A DNA stretch of 64,000 nt from contig OZ244720.1 of assembly GCA_965219085.1 (NCBI GenBank), positions 1,824,001 through 1,888,000 on the forward strand. Direction: 5' to 3'. Shown here piece by piece: positions 9,758 through 19,951 of this stretch (within the stretch, counting starts at the first letter, position 1; each line of letters starts with the position of its first letter). Both the position numbers and the translations under genes were made by a program. The notes beneath the pieces were generated by a model. That model was not told the DNA's origin, ran no database searches, and saw nothing but the letters and a program-made list of their open reading frames with translations. This stretch comes from Dehalococcoidia bacterium (lineage in GTDB: Bacteria; Chloroflexota; Dehalococcoidia; UBA2979).

Positions 9758-10489
9758 GTGGGCTACTACCCGATCTTCGTTGAGATGCAGGCGCGGCGCG
9801 TGCTGCTCGTCGGCGGCGGCAACGTCGCCCACGAGAAGATCGGCAAGCTCGTCGACGCCTCGGCCGACGTCACCGTCGTCGCCCCCGAGCTCAGCGAGCC
9901 GGTGCGGGCGATCGTCGAGGAGCACGGCTGCGAGTGGCTCGCCCGGCCCTACGAGCCGGGCGATGTCGAGGGCTACGAGGTGGTGATGGTCGCCACCGAC
10001 GACGGCGCTGTGAACGCGCAGGTCGCCTCCGAGGCGCGCGCGCTCGGCATCTGGGTCAACGCCGCCGACGATGTCGCGAACTGCGACTTCATCCTGCCCT
10101 CGCTGGCGAAGCGCGGGCGCATCGCCCTCGCCGCCTCCACCGGCGGCGCGAGCCCCGCGCTCGCGCGCTGGCTGCGCGAGCGGCTCGAGGAGTTCCTGGA
10201 CGACGAGGTCGTCGCGCTCGGCGACCTGCTGGCCGAGGTGCGGGTGCTCGCGCGCCAGCGCGACCGCGAGTGCGCGGCGCAGTGCGACCGCACACGCACG
10301 CCGCCGCCGCTGCTGTGCGCGGAGTGCCCGAACCGCATCGCGACCGACACGTGGCAGGAGGCCATCGACGCCGACCTGCGGGCGCTGCTGCGCGCCGGGG
10401 AGTACGAGGCCGCCCGCGACCGCATCATCACGACCCTCGGACTCGACCAGCCCCGCGCGGTCCCCGAGTGGCAGGGGCAGCCGGCATGA
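9758..10489 (+). CDS. Precorrin-2 dehydrogenase/sirohydrochlorin ferrochelatase (SirC/Met8, CysG N-terminal type)
   Basis: YYPIF, LVGGGNVA, VNAADD...CDFILP, STGGASPALA. Confidence 0.9.
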   Translation: MGYYPIFVEMQARRVLLVGGGNVAHEKIGKLVDASADVTVVAPELSEPVRAIVEEHGCEWLARPYEPGDVEGYEVVMVATDDGAVNAQVASEARALGIWVNAADDVANCDFILPSLAKRGRIALAASTGGASPALARWLRERLEEFLDDEVVALGDLLAEVRVLARQRDRECAAQCDRTRTPPPLLCAECPNRIATDTWQEAIDADLRALLRAGEYEAARDRIITTLGLDQPRAVPEWQGQPA

Positions 10490-11793
10490 CGGCCAGCGCC
10501 GGGCGAACCGAGCAGGCCTCGATGCTCACGATGGTCGGCCTCAGCCACCACAACGCGCCGCTCGCCGTGCGCGAGCGCTTCGCGATCCCGGCGGACGCCC
10601 TTCCGACCGTGCGTCACGAGGTCGCCGAGCGCTTCGGCGCGGGCGCGATCGTGGCGACCTGCAACCGCCTCGAACTCTACGTGCCGGGCGACCACGCGCA
10701 GGCGGAGCTGAGCGACTTCCTGTCCGGCGCCGCCGAGGTCGAGTCCTCGCTCGGCCAGCGCTACCTGCTGCCGCGCCGCGACGACGAGGCGGTGAGCCAC
10801 CTCTACGCGGTCGCCGCGGGCATCGACTCGATGGTTGTCGGCGAGTCCGAGATCCTCGGGCAGGTGCGCGGGGCGTTCTCGGCGACGGTCACGGCCGGGG
10901 CCGACACCGCGCTGCTCTCGCGGCTCTTCCACACCGCGATCCGCGTGGGCCGGCGCGCCCGCAGCGAGACCGCGATCGGGCACGGTGCGCTCTCGATCTC
11001 CTCGATCGCCGCGCAGCAGGCGCGCACGCTCGTCCCCGACCTGACGCGGGCGGCGGTGCTCGTCATCGGCGCCGGCGAGGCGGGACGGCTCGCCGCAGCC
11101 GCGCTCGTCGACCACGGCGTGGGCTCGATCGCCGTCAGCAACCGCACGGCGTCGCGCGCCGAGGCACTGGCCGAGGAGCTCGGCGGCCGCAGCGTGCCCT
11201 ACGAGACCGTCGGCGCCGCGCTGGCTGCCGCCGACGTGGTGATCGCCGCCACCGACGCGCCCGAGCCCCTGCTCAACGCCGGCCGCGTCGCGAGCGCCCT
11301 CGTGCGCCGCGAGGGCGGCCCGATGCTGATCGTCGACATCGGCGTGCCGCGCGCCGCCGACCCGGCCGTCGCCGCCGTGCCAGGCGTCACGTACCGCGAC
11401 ATCGACGACCTCCAGGAGGTCGCCGCGCGCCACGCGCAGGCCCGCGCCGCCGAGGTCGCCACCGTCGAGGCGTTGATCGAGACGGAGACCGCGGACTTCC
11501 TCGAGTGGTGGGCGCACCTGCGGATCGTGCCGACGATCAGCGCGCTGACCGAGCGCGCCGAGCGGATGCGGCAGACCGAACTCGACCGCACCCTGCGCCG
11601 CCTCGACGCCACGCCGGAGCAGCGCGACCAGCTCGACGCGATGACGCGGGCGCTGGTGCGCCGCATCCTGCACGACCCGATCACGACGCTGCGCGAGCGC
11701 GGCGACCGCGACGTGTACCTCGACGCCGTCCGCGAGCTGTTCCGGCTCGACGAGTCGGCCGGCCCGGCCGGCGACGCCGACGGCGCCGCGTAG
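10486..11793 (+). CDS. hemA: Glutamyl-tRNA reductase
   Basis: TCNRLE, GIDSMVVGESEILGQV, IGAGEAG, DIGVPR; ATGA overlap with upstream gene. Confidence 0.95.
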   Translation: MTASAGRTEQASMLTMVGLSHHNAPLAVRERFAIPADALPTVRHEVAERFGAGAIVATCNRLELYVPGDHAQAELSDFLSGAAEVESSLGQRYLLPRRDDEAVSHLYAVAAGIDSMVVGESEILGQVRGAFSATVTAGADTALLSRLFHTAIRVGRRARSETAIGHGALSISSIAAQQARTLVPDLTRAAVLVIGAGEAGRLAAAALVDHGVGSIAVSNRTASRAEALAEELGGRSVPYETVGAALAAADVVIAATDAPEPLLNAGRVASALVRREGGPMLIVDIGVPRAADPAVAAVPGVTYRDIDDLQEVAARHAQARAAEVATVEALIETETADFLEWWAHLRIVPTISALTERAERMRQTELDRTLRRLDATPEQRDQLDAMTRALVRRILHDPITTLRERGDRDVYLDAVRELFRLDESAGPAGDADGAA

Positions 11794-11815
11794 CCCAGCG
11801 CCGGGGATACGAACG

Positions 11816-12727
11816 ATGACCTCGCTGCGGCTCGCAACTCGCGGCTCGCGCCTGGCGCGGGCGCAGAGCGACATCGCCGCCGACGAGCTGCGCGCCGCCG
11901 ACCCCGCGCTCGACATCGACTACGTGCTGGTGCGCACCGAGGGCGACGCCGACCGCACGTCGCCGCTGCACCAGATCGGCGGGCGCGGCGTGTTCGTGCG
12001 CGCCGTGGAGCTCGCGCTCCTCGACGGCCGCGCCGACATCGCGATGCACTCGCTCAAGGACGTACCGACCGCCCCCGTCGAGGGGCTGACGCTGGCCGCG
12101 ATCCTCACGCGCGGCGACCCGCGCGACGTGCTCGTGGCGTCCGGGGGCCGCCGCCTCGCCGAGCTGCCGGCCGGAGCGCGCGTCGGCACCAGCTCGGTGC
12201 GCCGCCGCCTGCTGCTGCAGGTGCTGCGCCCGGACATCGACGTCGTCGAGATCCGCGGCAACGTCGACACGCGTATGGCCAAGGTCGCGAGCGGCGAGTA
12301 CGACGCAGTGGTGCTCGCCGCCGCCGGGCTCGACCGCCTCGGCCGCATCGACGAGGCGACGCAGATCTTCGAGGCGCTCGAGTTCCTCCCGTCGCCCGGC
12401 CAGGGCGCGATCGCCGTGCAGTGCCGCGAGGACGACACCGACACCATCGAGCGGCTGCTCGCCATCGACGACGCCGGCACGCGCGCAGCGGTCGAGGCCG
12501 AGCGTGGCTTCCTCGCCGAACTCGGGGCGGGCTGCTCGCTGCCGGTGGGCGCGTACGCGCAGATCGACGGCGACCTCGTCGCCCTGCGAGCGATGCTCGG
12601 CGACGATGCTGCGGAGCACGCGCGGTTCGGCGACGCGGCGGGCCCGTCGGCAGACGGCGCCGACATTGGGCGCGGGCTGGCGCAGCAGTTGCTCGCCCCG
12701 CCCCCGGACGCGAACGGCACGCCATGA
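11816..12727 (+). CDS. hemC: Hydroxymethylbilane synthase
   Basis: ATRGSRLA, HSLKDVP, GTSSVRR, IRGNVDTR, GCSLPVG. Confidence 0.96.
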   Translation: MTSLRLATRGSRLARAQSDIAADELRAADPALDIDYVLVRTEGDADRTSPLHQIGGRGVFVRAVELALLDGRADIAMHSLKDVPTAPVEGLTLAAILTRGDPRDVLVASGGRRLAELPAGARVGTSSVRRRLLLQVLRPDIDVVEIRGNVDTRMAKVASGEYDAVVLAAAGLDRLGRIDEATQIFEALEFLPSPGQGAIAVQCREDDTDTIERLLAIDDAGTRAAVEAERGFLAELGAGCSLPVGAYAQIDGDLVALRAMLGDDAAEHARFGDAAGPSADGADIGRGLAQQLLAPPPDANGTP

Positions 12728-14271
12728 CCGAGGGCTCCGTGATCGGGGCCGCGCCGGGCCACGTCTGGCTCGTCGGCGCGGGGCCGGGCGATCCCGGCCT
12801 CGTCACTCAGGCCGGGCTGCGCACGCTGCGCGACGCCGAAGTCGTGCTCTACGACCGTCTCGCACCGCCTGAACTCCTCGACGCGTGTGCCGATGGCGCC
12901 GAGCGCATCGACGTCGGCAAGGCGCCGGGCCGCGCCGCGATGACGCAGGAGCAGATCAACGCCGCGCTCATCGAGCATGCGCGCGCCGGCAAGCGCGTCG
13001 TGCGGCTCAAGGGCGGCGACCCCTTCGTGTTCGGTCGCGGCGGCGAGGAGCTCGAGGCACTCGCCGCGGCGGGCCTCGAGGCGACGGTCGTGCCGGGGGT
13101 CACCTCGGCGATCGGCGGGCTCGCCGCCGCCGGCATCCCGGTCACGCACCGCGGCGTCGCGGCGAGCTTCGCCGTGGTCACGGGGCACGAGGACCCCACC
13201 AAGCCTGCCGCACAAGTCCGATGGGCCGAGCTGGCGACCGCGACCGACACGCTCGTCGTGCTGATGGGCGTGGGCCGCCTCGACGGCATCGCGCGCGCGC
13301 TCATCGACGGCGGACGCCCGCCGTCGACGCCGGCGGCGCTGGTCGTCGAGGCGACGACGCCGCGCCAGCGTGTGGTCGAGGCCCCGCTCGGCGGCATCGC
13401 CGAGGCGGCGCGCGAGGCGCGCGTCGAGCCGCCCGCGCTGCTCGTCGTCGGCGATGTGGTTTCGGTACGCGAGCGCGTCGCGCCGGCGCTGCGCCGCCCG
13501 CTCGCGGGCTGGCGCGTGCTGGTCACGCGCACGCGACAGCAGGCCTCGACGCTCGCCGAGGCGCTGACCGCCGAGGGCGCGCAGCCCGTCCTGCTCCCCG
13601 CCATCGAGATCGCCCGCCGCGCCGACCCCGGCGCCGTCCGCGCCGCCATCAAGACACTGCGAGCAGGCGCCTATGACTGGGTCGCGTTCACCTCCGCGAA
13701 CGCCGTCGAGGCCTGGTTCGACCTCGTGCGCGAGGCGGGCGAGGACGCGCGGGTCTTCGCCGGTGCGGGCCTCGCCGCCGTCGGCGCGGCGACGGCGCGC
13801 GCGCTCGAAGCGCGCGGGCTGTCGGCTGACCTCGTGCCGACGCGCGCGAGCGGCGACGGCGTCGCCGATGCGCTCATCGAGCGCGGCGTCGAGGGCGCAC
13901 GCGTCCTCGTCCCGCGCGCCGAACGCGCCGACCCGGCGCTCGTCGAGCGCCTGCGCGCCGCCGGCGCGACGGTCGACGAGGTCACGCTCTACCTCGCGGC
14001 CCCGCCCGCCGCCCCACCGCCCGAGGTGCTCGACGCCGTGCGCGCCGGCGAGATCGACGCGGTGACGTTCACCTCGTCCTCGACGGTGCGGAACCTCGCC
14101 ACCCTCCTCGGCGGCGACCTCGACGCGCTGCGCGAAGCGGTGGTGGCGTGCATCGGCCCGCAGACGGCGGCAGCGGCCATCGAGGCGGGGTTGCCGCCGC
14201 AGGTGGTGTCGGAGCAGCCCTCGGTCGACGCGTTGGTGGGGGCGCTGCGAAGATACGCGGCGGAGGCGTGA
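12724..14271 (+). CDS. cobA: Uroporphyrinogen-III methyltransferase / synthase fusion (CobA-HemD)
   Basis: LVGAGPGDPGL, RLKGGDPFVFGRGGEE, then VLVTR, FTSANAV, FTSSSTV, CIGPQTA. Confidence 0.95.
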   Translation: MTEGSVIGAAPGHVWLVGAGPGDPGLVTQAGLRTLRDAEVVLYDRLAPPELLDACADGAERIDVGKAPGRAAMTQEQINAALIEHARAGKRVVRLKGGDPFVFGRGGEELEALAAAGLEATVVPGVTSAIGGLAAAGIPVTHRGVAASFAVVTGHEDPTKPAAQVRWAELATATDTLVVLMGVGRLDGIARALIDGGRPPSTPAALVVEATTPRQRVVEAPLGGIAEAAREARVEPPALLVVGDVVSVRERVAPALRRPLAGWRVLVTRTRQQASTLAEALTAEGAQPVLLPAIEIARRADPGAVRAAIKTLRAGAYDWVAFTSANAVEAWFDLVREAGEDARVFAGAGLAAVGAATARALEARGLSADLVPTRASGDGVADALIERGVEGARVLVPRAERADPALVERLRAAGATVDEVTLYLAAPPAAPPPEVLDAVRAGEIDAVTFTSSSTVRNLATLLGGDLDALREAVVACIGPQTAAAAIEAGLPPQVVSEQPSVDALVGALRRYAAEA

Positions 14272-14284
14272 TGGCAGCGTCGAC

Positions 14285-14788
14285 CTACGCTGCCTCCGTC
14301 CTCAGCCGCGCGAGCTCCTCCGCCTCACGAATGATCTCGTCCATGAACGGCATGCGGTCGTGGGGGACGGAGTAGCGGGCCGTCTCGTTACCGCTGGCGT
14401 CGAAATCGTGGCGGTGGAGCGTGTTCACATCCTCGCGGTAGTTGTCGTAGCGGAACAGCGGGACGCTCGCGCCGACGCTCGGCTGCCACATCGCCTGGTA
14501 GCGATACGCGACGGTGCGGCCGCGCGGGTTGGCCTCGTCTATGCGGCCGACCGGACGCAAGCTCTTGCGCACATCCAGCACACCGCCGCTTCGTGTGCGG
14601 ACTCGTCCGATCAATCGAAATCGGTCCGTACGCCGAACGAACCGAAGCGTGTCGGAAACTACGATTCCTTCGCTGCGGAGGGCGTCCATCTTGCGGTCGT
14701 GGACGAGTCGGTAGTTCCAGAACCGCTGAGGGTTGCGTACGCGTCGCTCGCCAGGATCCGCTGGAGGTCGTGGTAGTCCATCATCCAC
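14285..14788 (-). CDS. TumE/DUF6516-like toxin (start uncertain)
   Basis: AYRYQA...LFRYDN...LHRH motif; overlaps upstream antitoxin-like gene. Confidence 0.55.
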   Translation of the reverse strand: MDDGLPRPPADPGERRVRNPQRFWNYRLVHDRKMDALRSEGIVVSDTLRFVRRTDRFRLIGRVRTRSGGVLDVRKSLRPVGRIDEANPRGRTVAYRYQAMWQPSVGASVPLFRYDNYREDVNTLHRHDFDASGNETARYSVPHDRMPFMDEIIREAEELARLRTEAA

Positions 14789-15237
14789 AGGCAGATTTCA
14801 TCCGTCTCGCGCTCGGTTCCGGCAAGCATCGCGTTCCACATGTACTCGGACGAGCACTCGTAGCGGAACTCCATCTTCGCGATGTTCGCCCGTAGCTCTT
14901 CGAGCTCCTCCTCCAGCGTGACAACCTTCGTCTGAGCAAGCAGGACGCGCACGTATTCGGCGCGCGAGGCCAGGGCGGCCGCGTCGTCCGCGGGGTTGTC
15001 GGGAGGGATGAGGCCTTCGTACAAGGGGTTGACGAGGATGTCGCGCAGCAAGCGCCAGTGCATCATCCAGTCGAAGACCTCTTCCTGCCCGGCTTCGTCC
15101 TCGGGTTCGTCGCCGTCTTGCCAGCGATTCCACATCTCCTCGGACGTGCAGCCGTAACGGCGCTCCATGGGTCGCACGTGCGCGCGCGTTTCCCTGACCG
15201 TCGCCGCCACCCACTGGCCCCGCTCGGCAGTGTCCAT
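14659..15237 (-). CDS. TumA-like antitoxin with two tandem domains
   Basis: MERRYGCTSEEMW...DWMM and MEFRYECSSEYMW...LWMM internal repeat. Confidence 0.55.
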   Translation of the reverse strand: MDTAERGQWVAATVRETRAHVRPMERRYGCTSEEMWNRWQDGDEPEDEAGQEEVFDWMMHWRLLRDILVNPLYEGLIPPDNPADDAAALASRAEYVRVLLAQTKVVTLEEELEELRANIAKMEFRYECSSEYMWNAMLAGTERETDEICLWMMDYHDLQRILASDAYATLSGSGTTDSSTTARWTPSAAKES

Positions 15238-15324
15238 CGTCGCGCCTTCCGCTGACCCTGACGTTGACTATCATACCCACGACGCCCTCGCCGCCGCTGC
15301 AAGCTCGAACGAGGAGGCCACGCC

Positions 15325-16323
15325 ATGACCATCGCCACACGACGGGCGACCACGTTCACCCGCACCCGACGCCTGCGCGCCAGCGAGGCGCTGCGAGGAC
15401 TCGTGCGGGAGACGCGCATCGACCCGGCGTCGTTCATCTACCCACTGTTCGTCGTCGAGGGACGCGGGGTGCGCGAGCCGATCGGGTCGATGCCGGGGCA
15501 GTTCCGGCTCTCGACCGACATGCTCGCCGCCGAGGCTGCCGAGCTGCGTGACCTCGGCGTGCGCGCGGTGCTGCTGTTCGGCGTGCCCGACCACAAGGAC
15601 GCCGAGGGGACCGGGGCGTGGATCGCCGAAGGCATCACGCAGCGCGCCGTCGACGCGCTCAAGCAGGCCGACCCCTCGCTCGCCGTCGTCGCCGACGTCT
15701 GCCTCTGCGAGTACACCGACCACGGTCACTGCGGCCCGCTCAACGCGCGCGGCGAGGTCGAGAACGACGCCGCGATCGAGTTGCTCGCGCGCACCTCGGT
15801 CTCGCTGGCCGCGGCGGGCGTGGACATGGTGGCGCCCTCGGACATGATGGACGGGCGCGTCGGCGCCATCCGCGGGGCGCTCGATGAGTCCGGCTACGCG
15901 CAGCTGCCGATCATGGCCTACAGCGCGAAGTACGCCTCGGCGTTCTACGGGCCGTTCCGCGAGGCCGCCGGCTCGGCGCCGCAGTTCGGCGACCGGCGCG
16001 GCTACCAGATGGACCCGCCGAACGTGCGCGAGGCGATCCGCGAGGTCACGATCGACATCGAAGAGCAGGCCGACATCGTGATGGTGAAGCCCGCCCTCGC
16101 CTACCTCGACGTGGTGCGCGCGGTGCGCGACTCGACCGAACTGCCGGTGGCGGCGTACAACGTGTCGGGCGAGTACGCGATGCTGAAGGCCGCGGCCGCC
16201 CAGGGGTGGATCGACGAGGAGCGCGTGATGATGGAGACGCTGACCGGCATCCGCCGCGCCGGCGCCGACATCGTCATCACGTACCACGCGAAGGAGGCGG
16301 CACGCTGGCTTCGTCAAGCTTGA
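15325..16323 (+). CDS. hemB: Porphobilinogen synthase
   Basis: [46 protein letters not shown]. Confidence 0.97.
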   Translation: MTIATRRATTFTRTRRLRASEALRGLVRETRIDPASFIYPLFVVEGRGVREPIGSMPGQFRLSTDMLAAEAAELRDLGVRAVLLFGVPDHKDAEGTGAWIAEGITQRAVDALKQADPSLAVVADVCLCEYTDHGHCGPLNARGEVENDAAIELLARTSVSLAAAGVDMVAPSDMMDGRVGAIRGALDESGYAQLPIMAYSAKYASAFYGPFREAAGSAPQFGDRRGYQMDPPNVREAIREVTIDIEEQADIVMVKPALAYLDVVRAVRDSTELPVAAYNVSGEYAMLKAAAAQGWIDEERVMMETLTGIRRAGADIVITYHAKEAARWLRQA

Positions 16324-17141
16324 CCGACGTCCCGCTCGACCCGGAACCGTTCGACCCCGGCGCGATCCGCGCCGTGGCGTTCGACGCCTACGGCACGCTC
16401 CTCTACTGGGACTTCCGCGAAGTCCTCGAGCAGGCGCTCAACGACCAGGGACTCGCGGTCGACGACATCACGGCCGCGGCAAGGAGCTTCGAGTCAGCGT
16501 GGAACCACGTCAGCCCGTGGGCCACGAGCGAGGACGGCAAGCTGGACCGCGACGCCATGTTCGCCGGACCCGCGCCCGAGTTCATCACCACGTGGGAGAT
16601 CTGGCGTCGCCAGTTCACGGGGCTCTTCGAGGACAGCGAACTCGACGGCGACCCGACGCTCGGCGCGAACCTCTTCCGCGAGGTGCTCAGCCACGCGCCG
16701 GCCTTCGACGACGCGCACGACGTGGTTGAGGCGCTCCACCTCGCGGGGTACCGCCTCGGCCTGCTCTCGAACGCCGACGAGGACTTCCTGCAGAGCGCGG
16801 TCTCGCACAATCGGCTGCGCTTCTCCGTGATCCAGTCGTCGGAGTCGCTGCGGGTCTACAAGCCGAACCGCGCCGCCTTCCTCGAACTGTGCCACCGCCT
16901 CGGCTGCCGGCCCGACGAGGTGCTCTACGTCGGGGACTCGGCGCAGGCGGACGTCGCCGGTGCGCGCCACGCCGGGCTCCGCGTCGCGTGGCTCAGCGAG
17001 CGCGCCGGCCACGAGCTGCCCGACGGCTACCCACGCCCCGACTTCACCGTCGACTCGCTGACCGGCGCCGCCGCGCTCCTCGGCGTCACCGTGCCCGCGG
17101 CCCCTGCGGGGTATCCCGGCGTGCAGAGCAGTTCGAGCTGA
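16320..17141 (+). CDS. HAD-superfamily hydrolase
   Basis: [24 protein letters not shown]; TTGA overlap with hemB. Confidence 0.88.
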   Translation: MTDVPLDPEPFDPGAIRAVAFDAYGTLLYWDFREVLEQALNDQGLAVDDITAAARSFESAWNHVSPWATSEDGKLDRDAMFAGPAPEFITTWEIWRRQFTGLFEDSELDGDPTLGANLFREVLSHAPAFDDAHDVVEALHLAGYRLGLLSNADEDFLQSAVSHNRLRFSVIQSSESLRVYKPNRAAFLELCHRLGCRPDEVLYVGDSAQADVAGARHAGLRVAWLSERAGHELPDGYPRPDFTVDSLTGAAALLGVTVPAAPAGYPGVQSSSS

Positions 17142-17146
17142 CGCCG

Positions 17147-18460
17147 ATGACCGACGCGCCCGCTCGCAGCTACGAGCGCTCGCACGCCGTGATGGAGCGT
17201 GCACGAGACGTGCTGCCCGGCGGCGTGAACTCACCGGCGCGCGCCTACCGGGCCGTGGGCGGCGACCCGGTCGTGATCGCACACGGCGTCGGCGCGACCC
17301 TCACCGACGTCGATGGCAACGAGTACATCGACTACCTCGGCTCGTTCGGGCCGCTCATCCTCGGCAGCGCGCATCCCGACGTCGTCGCCGCCGTGCAGGC
17401 CGCAGCCGCCGGCGGTACGTCGTTCGGCGCGCCGACGGAGGCCGAGGCCGAGCTCGCCGAGCTCGTGACCGGCGCGCTGCCGTCGGTCGAGATGGTGCGC
17501 TTCGTCAACTCGGGCACCGAGGCGACGATGAGCGCGCTGCGGCTCGCGCGCGCGGCCACCAGCCGCGACCTGATCGTGAAGTTCGACGGCTGCTACCACG
17601 GCCACGCGGACGGGCTGCTCGCCTCGGCCGGCTCGGGCGTCGCGACGCTCGGGCTGCCGGACTCGCCGGGCGTGCCCGCCGTCTTCGCCGCACAGACCAT
17701 CGTCGTGCCGTTCAACGATGCTGCTGCGGTCGCCGCGACGTTCGAAGCGCACCCCGGCATCGCGGCTGTGGTGGTCGAGCCCGTCGCCGGCAACATGGGC
17801 GTCGTGCCCCCCGCACCCGGCTTCCTCGAAGCCCTGCGCGATCTCTGCGACGCGCACGGCGCGCTGCTCGTGTTCGACGAGGTGATGACGGGGTTCCGCG
17901 TCGCGTGGGACGGGGCGCAGGGCCGCTACGGCGTGCGGCCGGACATCACGGCGCTCGGCAAGGTCGTCGGCGGCGGGTTGCCTGTCGGCGCCTACGGCGG
18001 ACCGCGCGCGCTGCTCGAGCGCATGGCGCCGGCCGGCGACGTCTACCAGGCCGGGACACTCTCCGGGAACCCGCTCGCGATGGCCGCCGGGCTCGCCACG
18101 CTGCGCGCGCTCCGCGCCGACGAGGGCGCGTTCGACCGGCTCGAGTCGCTCGCGTCGCGACTCGAAGCGGGGCTGCGGGAGGCGGCCGAGCAGGCCGGCG
18201 CGACGATCGCCATCGGCCGCGTCGGCTCGATGCTGACCGTGTTCTTCCGCGATGAGCCGCCCACCGACTACGCCGAGGCGGCCACCAGCGACACCGCCCG
18301 CTTCGCGCGCTTCCACCGTGCGCTGCTCGACCGCGGCGTGATGCTGCCGCCCTCGCAGTTCGAGGCGTGGTTCGTCTCACTCGCCCACGACGAGGCGCTC
18401 ATCGACCGCACGGTCGAGGCCGTCGGCGAGGCGCTGGAGGCGAGCGCCGCCCGGGCATAG
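17147..18460 (+). CDS. hemL: Glutamate-1-semialdehyde 2,1-aminomutase
   Basis: PGGVNSPAR, VNSGTEATM, FDEVMTGFR, GKVVGGGLP, YQAGTLSGNP, PSQFE. Confidence 0.97.
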   Translation: MTDAPARSYERSHAVMERARDVLPGGVNSPARAYRAVGGDPVVIAHGVGATLTDVDGNEYIDYLGSFGPLILGSAHPDVVAAVQAAAAGGTSFGAPTEAEAELAELVTGALPSVEMVRFVNSGTEATMSALRLARAATSRDLIVKFDGCYHGHADGLLASAGSGVATLGLPDSPGVPAVFAAQTIVVPFNDAAAVAATFEAHPGIAAVVVEPVAGNMGVVPPAPGFLEALRDLCDAHGALLVFDEVMTGFRVAWDGAQGRYGVRPDITALGKVVGGGLPVGAYGGPRALLERMAPAGDVYQAGTLSGNPLAMAAGLATLRALRADEGAFDRLESLASRLEAGLREAAEQAGATIAIGRVGSMLTVFFRDEPPTDYAEAATSDTARFARFHRALLDRGVMLPPSQFEAWFVSLAHDEALIDRTVEAVGEALEASAARA

Positions 18461-18567
18461 CACGAGCGGGCCAGCCCTCCTGAGCGCGCGCATCACATGC
18501 GCAACCTTGACGCGGGCACCATCACCGCCCAGGACTCTCCGCTCGGTACAGCGACCGGAGGCACGAA

Positions 18568-19833
18568 ATGGCGCGCTCGGCCCTGGCCATGCTGGTACTC
18601 GCAGTCGTCGTCGGGTGCACGAGCGACGGCGAGCCGACGCTTCCCGCACACAACTCCGCCGCCGGAGGCGATTCCGCCCAGACTGCTACCCCACCCACCG
18701 GCGGGCGTAGCGCGGACGCGACTGCTGACTCAGCCGCCGAACGCAGCGCCGCTCCCAGCCCTTCGCCAACCCCCGGACGCGGCGCGGACACCACCCCCAC
18801 GCCAGCCGCTGCGGGCAGCACTGCCGCGACTGACGGCGCCCGCGGCGACCAACCTCGGAGCACCCTCGATGACGTGACCGCGCGCGGCACGCTCAGGTGT
18901 GCGTTGCGGCACGAACGGCCTCTGTCAGGTTTCGACGGGTTCAACGGCGGAGCGATTCGCTTCGATATAGATGTCTGCAGGGCGATAGCGGCCGCCGTGC
19001 TGGGCGACGCAACCGGGATCGAGTTCGTGAATGCACGAGACCACGAGACACGCGCCGAGTTGCTCGCGAATGGCGCGATCGACGTGCACACCGCCACCGC
19101 CACCGCCGCGCCTGCCGCAAGCTCCGGGATGGATTTTGCTCGACCGACCTTCTACACGGGCCAGGCGTTCGCAGTGCGCACGGACTCGGGAATCGAATCG
19201 ACCGCCGACATGGACGGCGCCACGATCTGCGTGGTGGCGGAGTGGGCCCCCCAGGTGGTCGTTGCCGACCACTTCACCGCTATCGGCGTCCGATCCCTCC
19301 CGAAAGCCGGTGGGCACTGGGCGGTAGCGGAGGCGTTCTTCTCGGGTCGCTGCGAGGTGCTGACCGCGTACGCGTCTGATCTCGCTATGTGGATCGGCGC
19401 ACGCGATGACCGCGACGACTACACCATCCTGCCGCAGATCATCTCGAGAGAGGCGCTCGCGCCCGCCGTACGGCAGGACGACTCCCGGTGGCGCGACATC
19501 GTGAACTGGGTCGTGCACGGCTTGATCCGCGCCGAGGAGATGGGCATCACCCAGGAGAACGTGGCCGGTATGGCCTCGAATCCGCCGAGCGTCGCCGTCG
19601 CTACGCTGCTCGGCGTCCCCTACGAGGGGGGTGTGCCCGACCTCGGCTTCGGTGTCGGCCCGCAATTCATCCAGCGGGCGATCGCCGCCGTCGGCAACTA
19701 CGGCGAGATCTACGCCCGCACCATCGGCGATACGATTCCGCGCCCTTGCACGCCGAACGCGCTGGCTATCGACGACTCGGTCGACTGTCCCGCCGGCAGT
19801 GGCGGCATCCTGTACGCGCTGCCATACCGCTAG
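18568..19833 (+). CDS. Amino-acid ABC transporter substrate-binding lipoprotein (AapJ/BztA-like), no permease nearby
   Basis: Lipobox VVVGC; FDIDVCRAIAAAVLGD, ISREALAPAVRQDD, VGNYGEIY, GGILYALPYR. Confidence 0.85.
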   Translation: MARSALAMLVLAVVVGCTSDGEPTLPAHNSAAGGDSAQTATPPTGGRSADATADSAAERSAAPSPSPTPGRGADTTPTPAAAGSTAATDGARGDQPRSTLDDVTARGTLRCALRHERPLSGFDGFNGGAIRFDIDVCRAIAAAVLGDATGIEFVNARDHETRAELLANGAIDVHTATATAAPAASSGMDFARPTFYTGQAFAVRTDSGIESTADMDGATICVVAEWAPQVVVADHFTAIGVRSLPKAGGHWAVAEAFFSGRCEVLTAYASDLAMWIGARDDRDDYTILPQIISREALAPAVRQDDSRWRDIVNWVVHGLIRAEEMGITQENVAGMASNPPSVAVATLLGVPYEGGVPDLGFGVGPQFIQRAIAAVGNYGEIYARTIGDTIPRPCTPNALAIDDSVDCPAGSGGILYALPYR

Positions 19834-19862
19834 CCCGGCGGTGTCCCGCGACGCCGTGAACA

Positions 19863-19892
19863 TTGCCCACGGCGCAAGCGGGCTCGTATACT
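19863..19892 (+). promoter_or_regulatory. Sigma70-type promoter for dnaN
   Basis: TTGCCC-N18-TATACT about 60 bp upstream of the GTG start. Confidence 0.5.
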
Positions 19893-19951
19893 CGCGACGG
19901 TTGGGGGCTCAAAAGCGCAGCGCTTGAGCGATTTCTGCTTTGGGGGCCACC

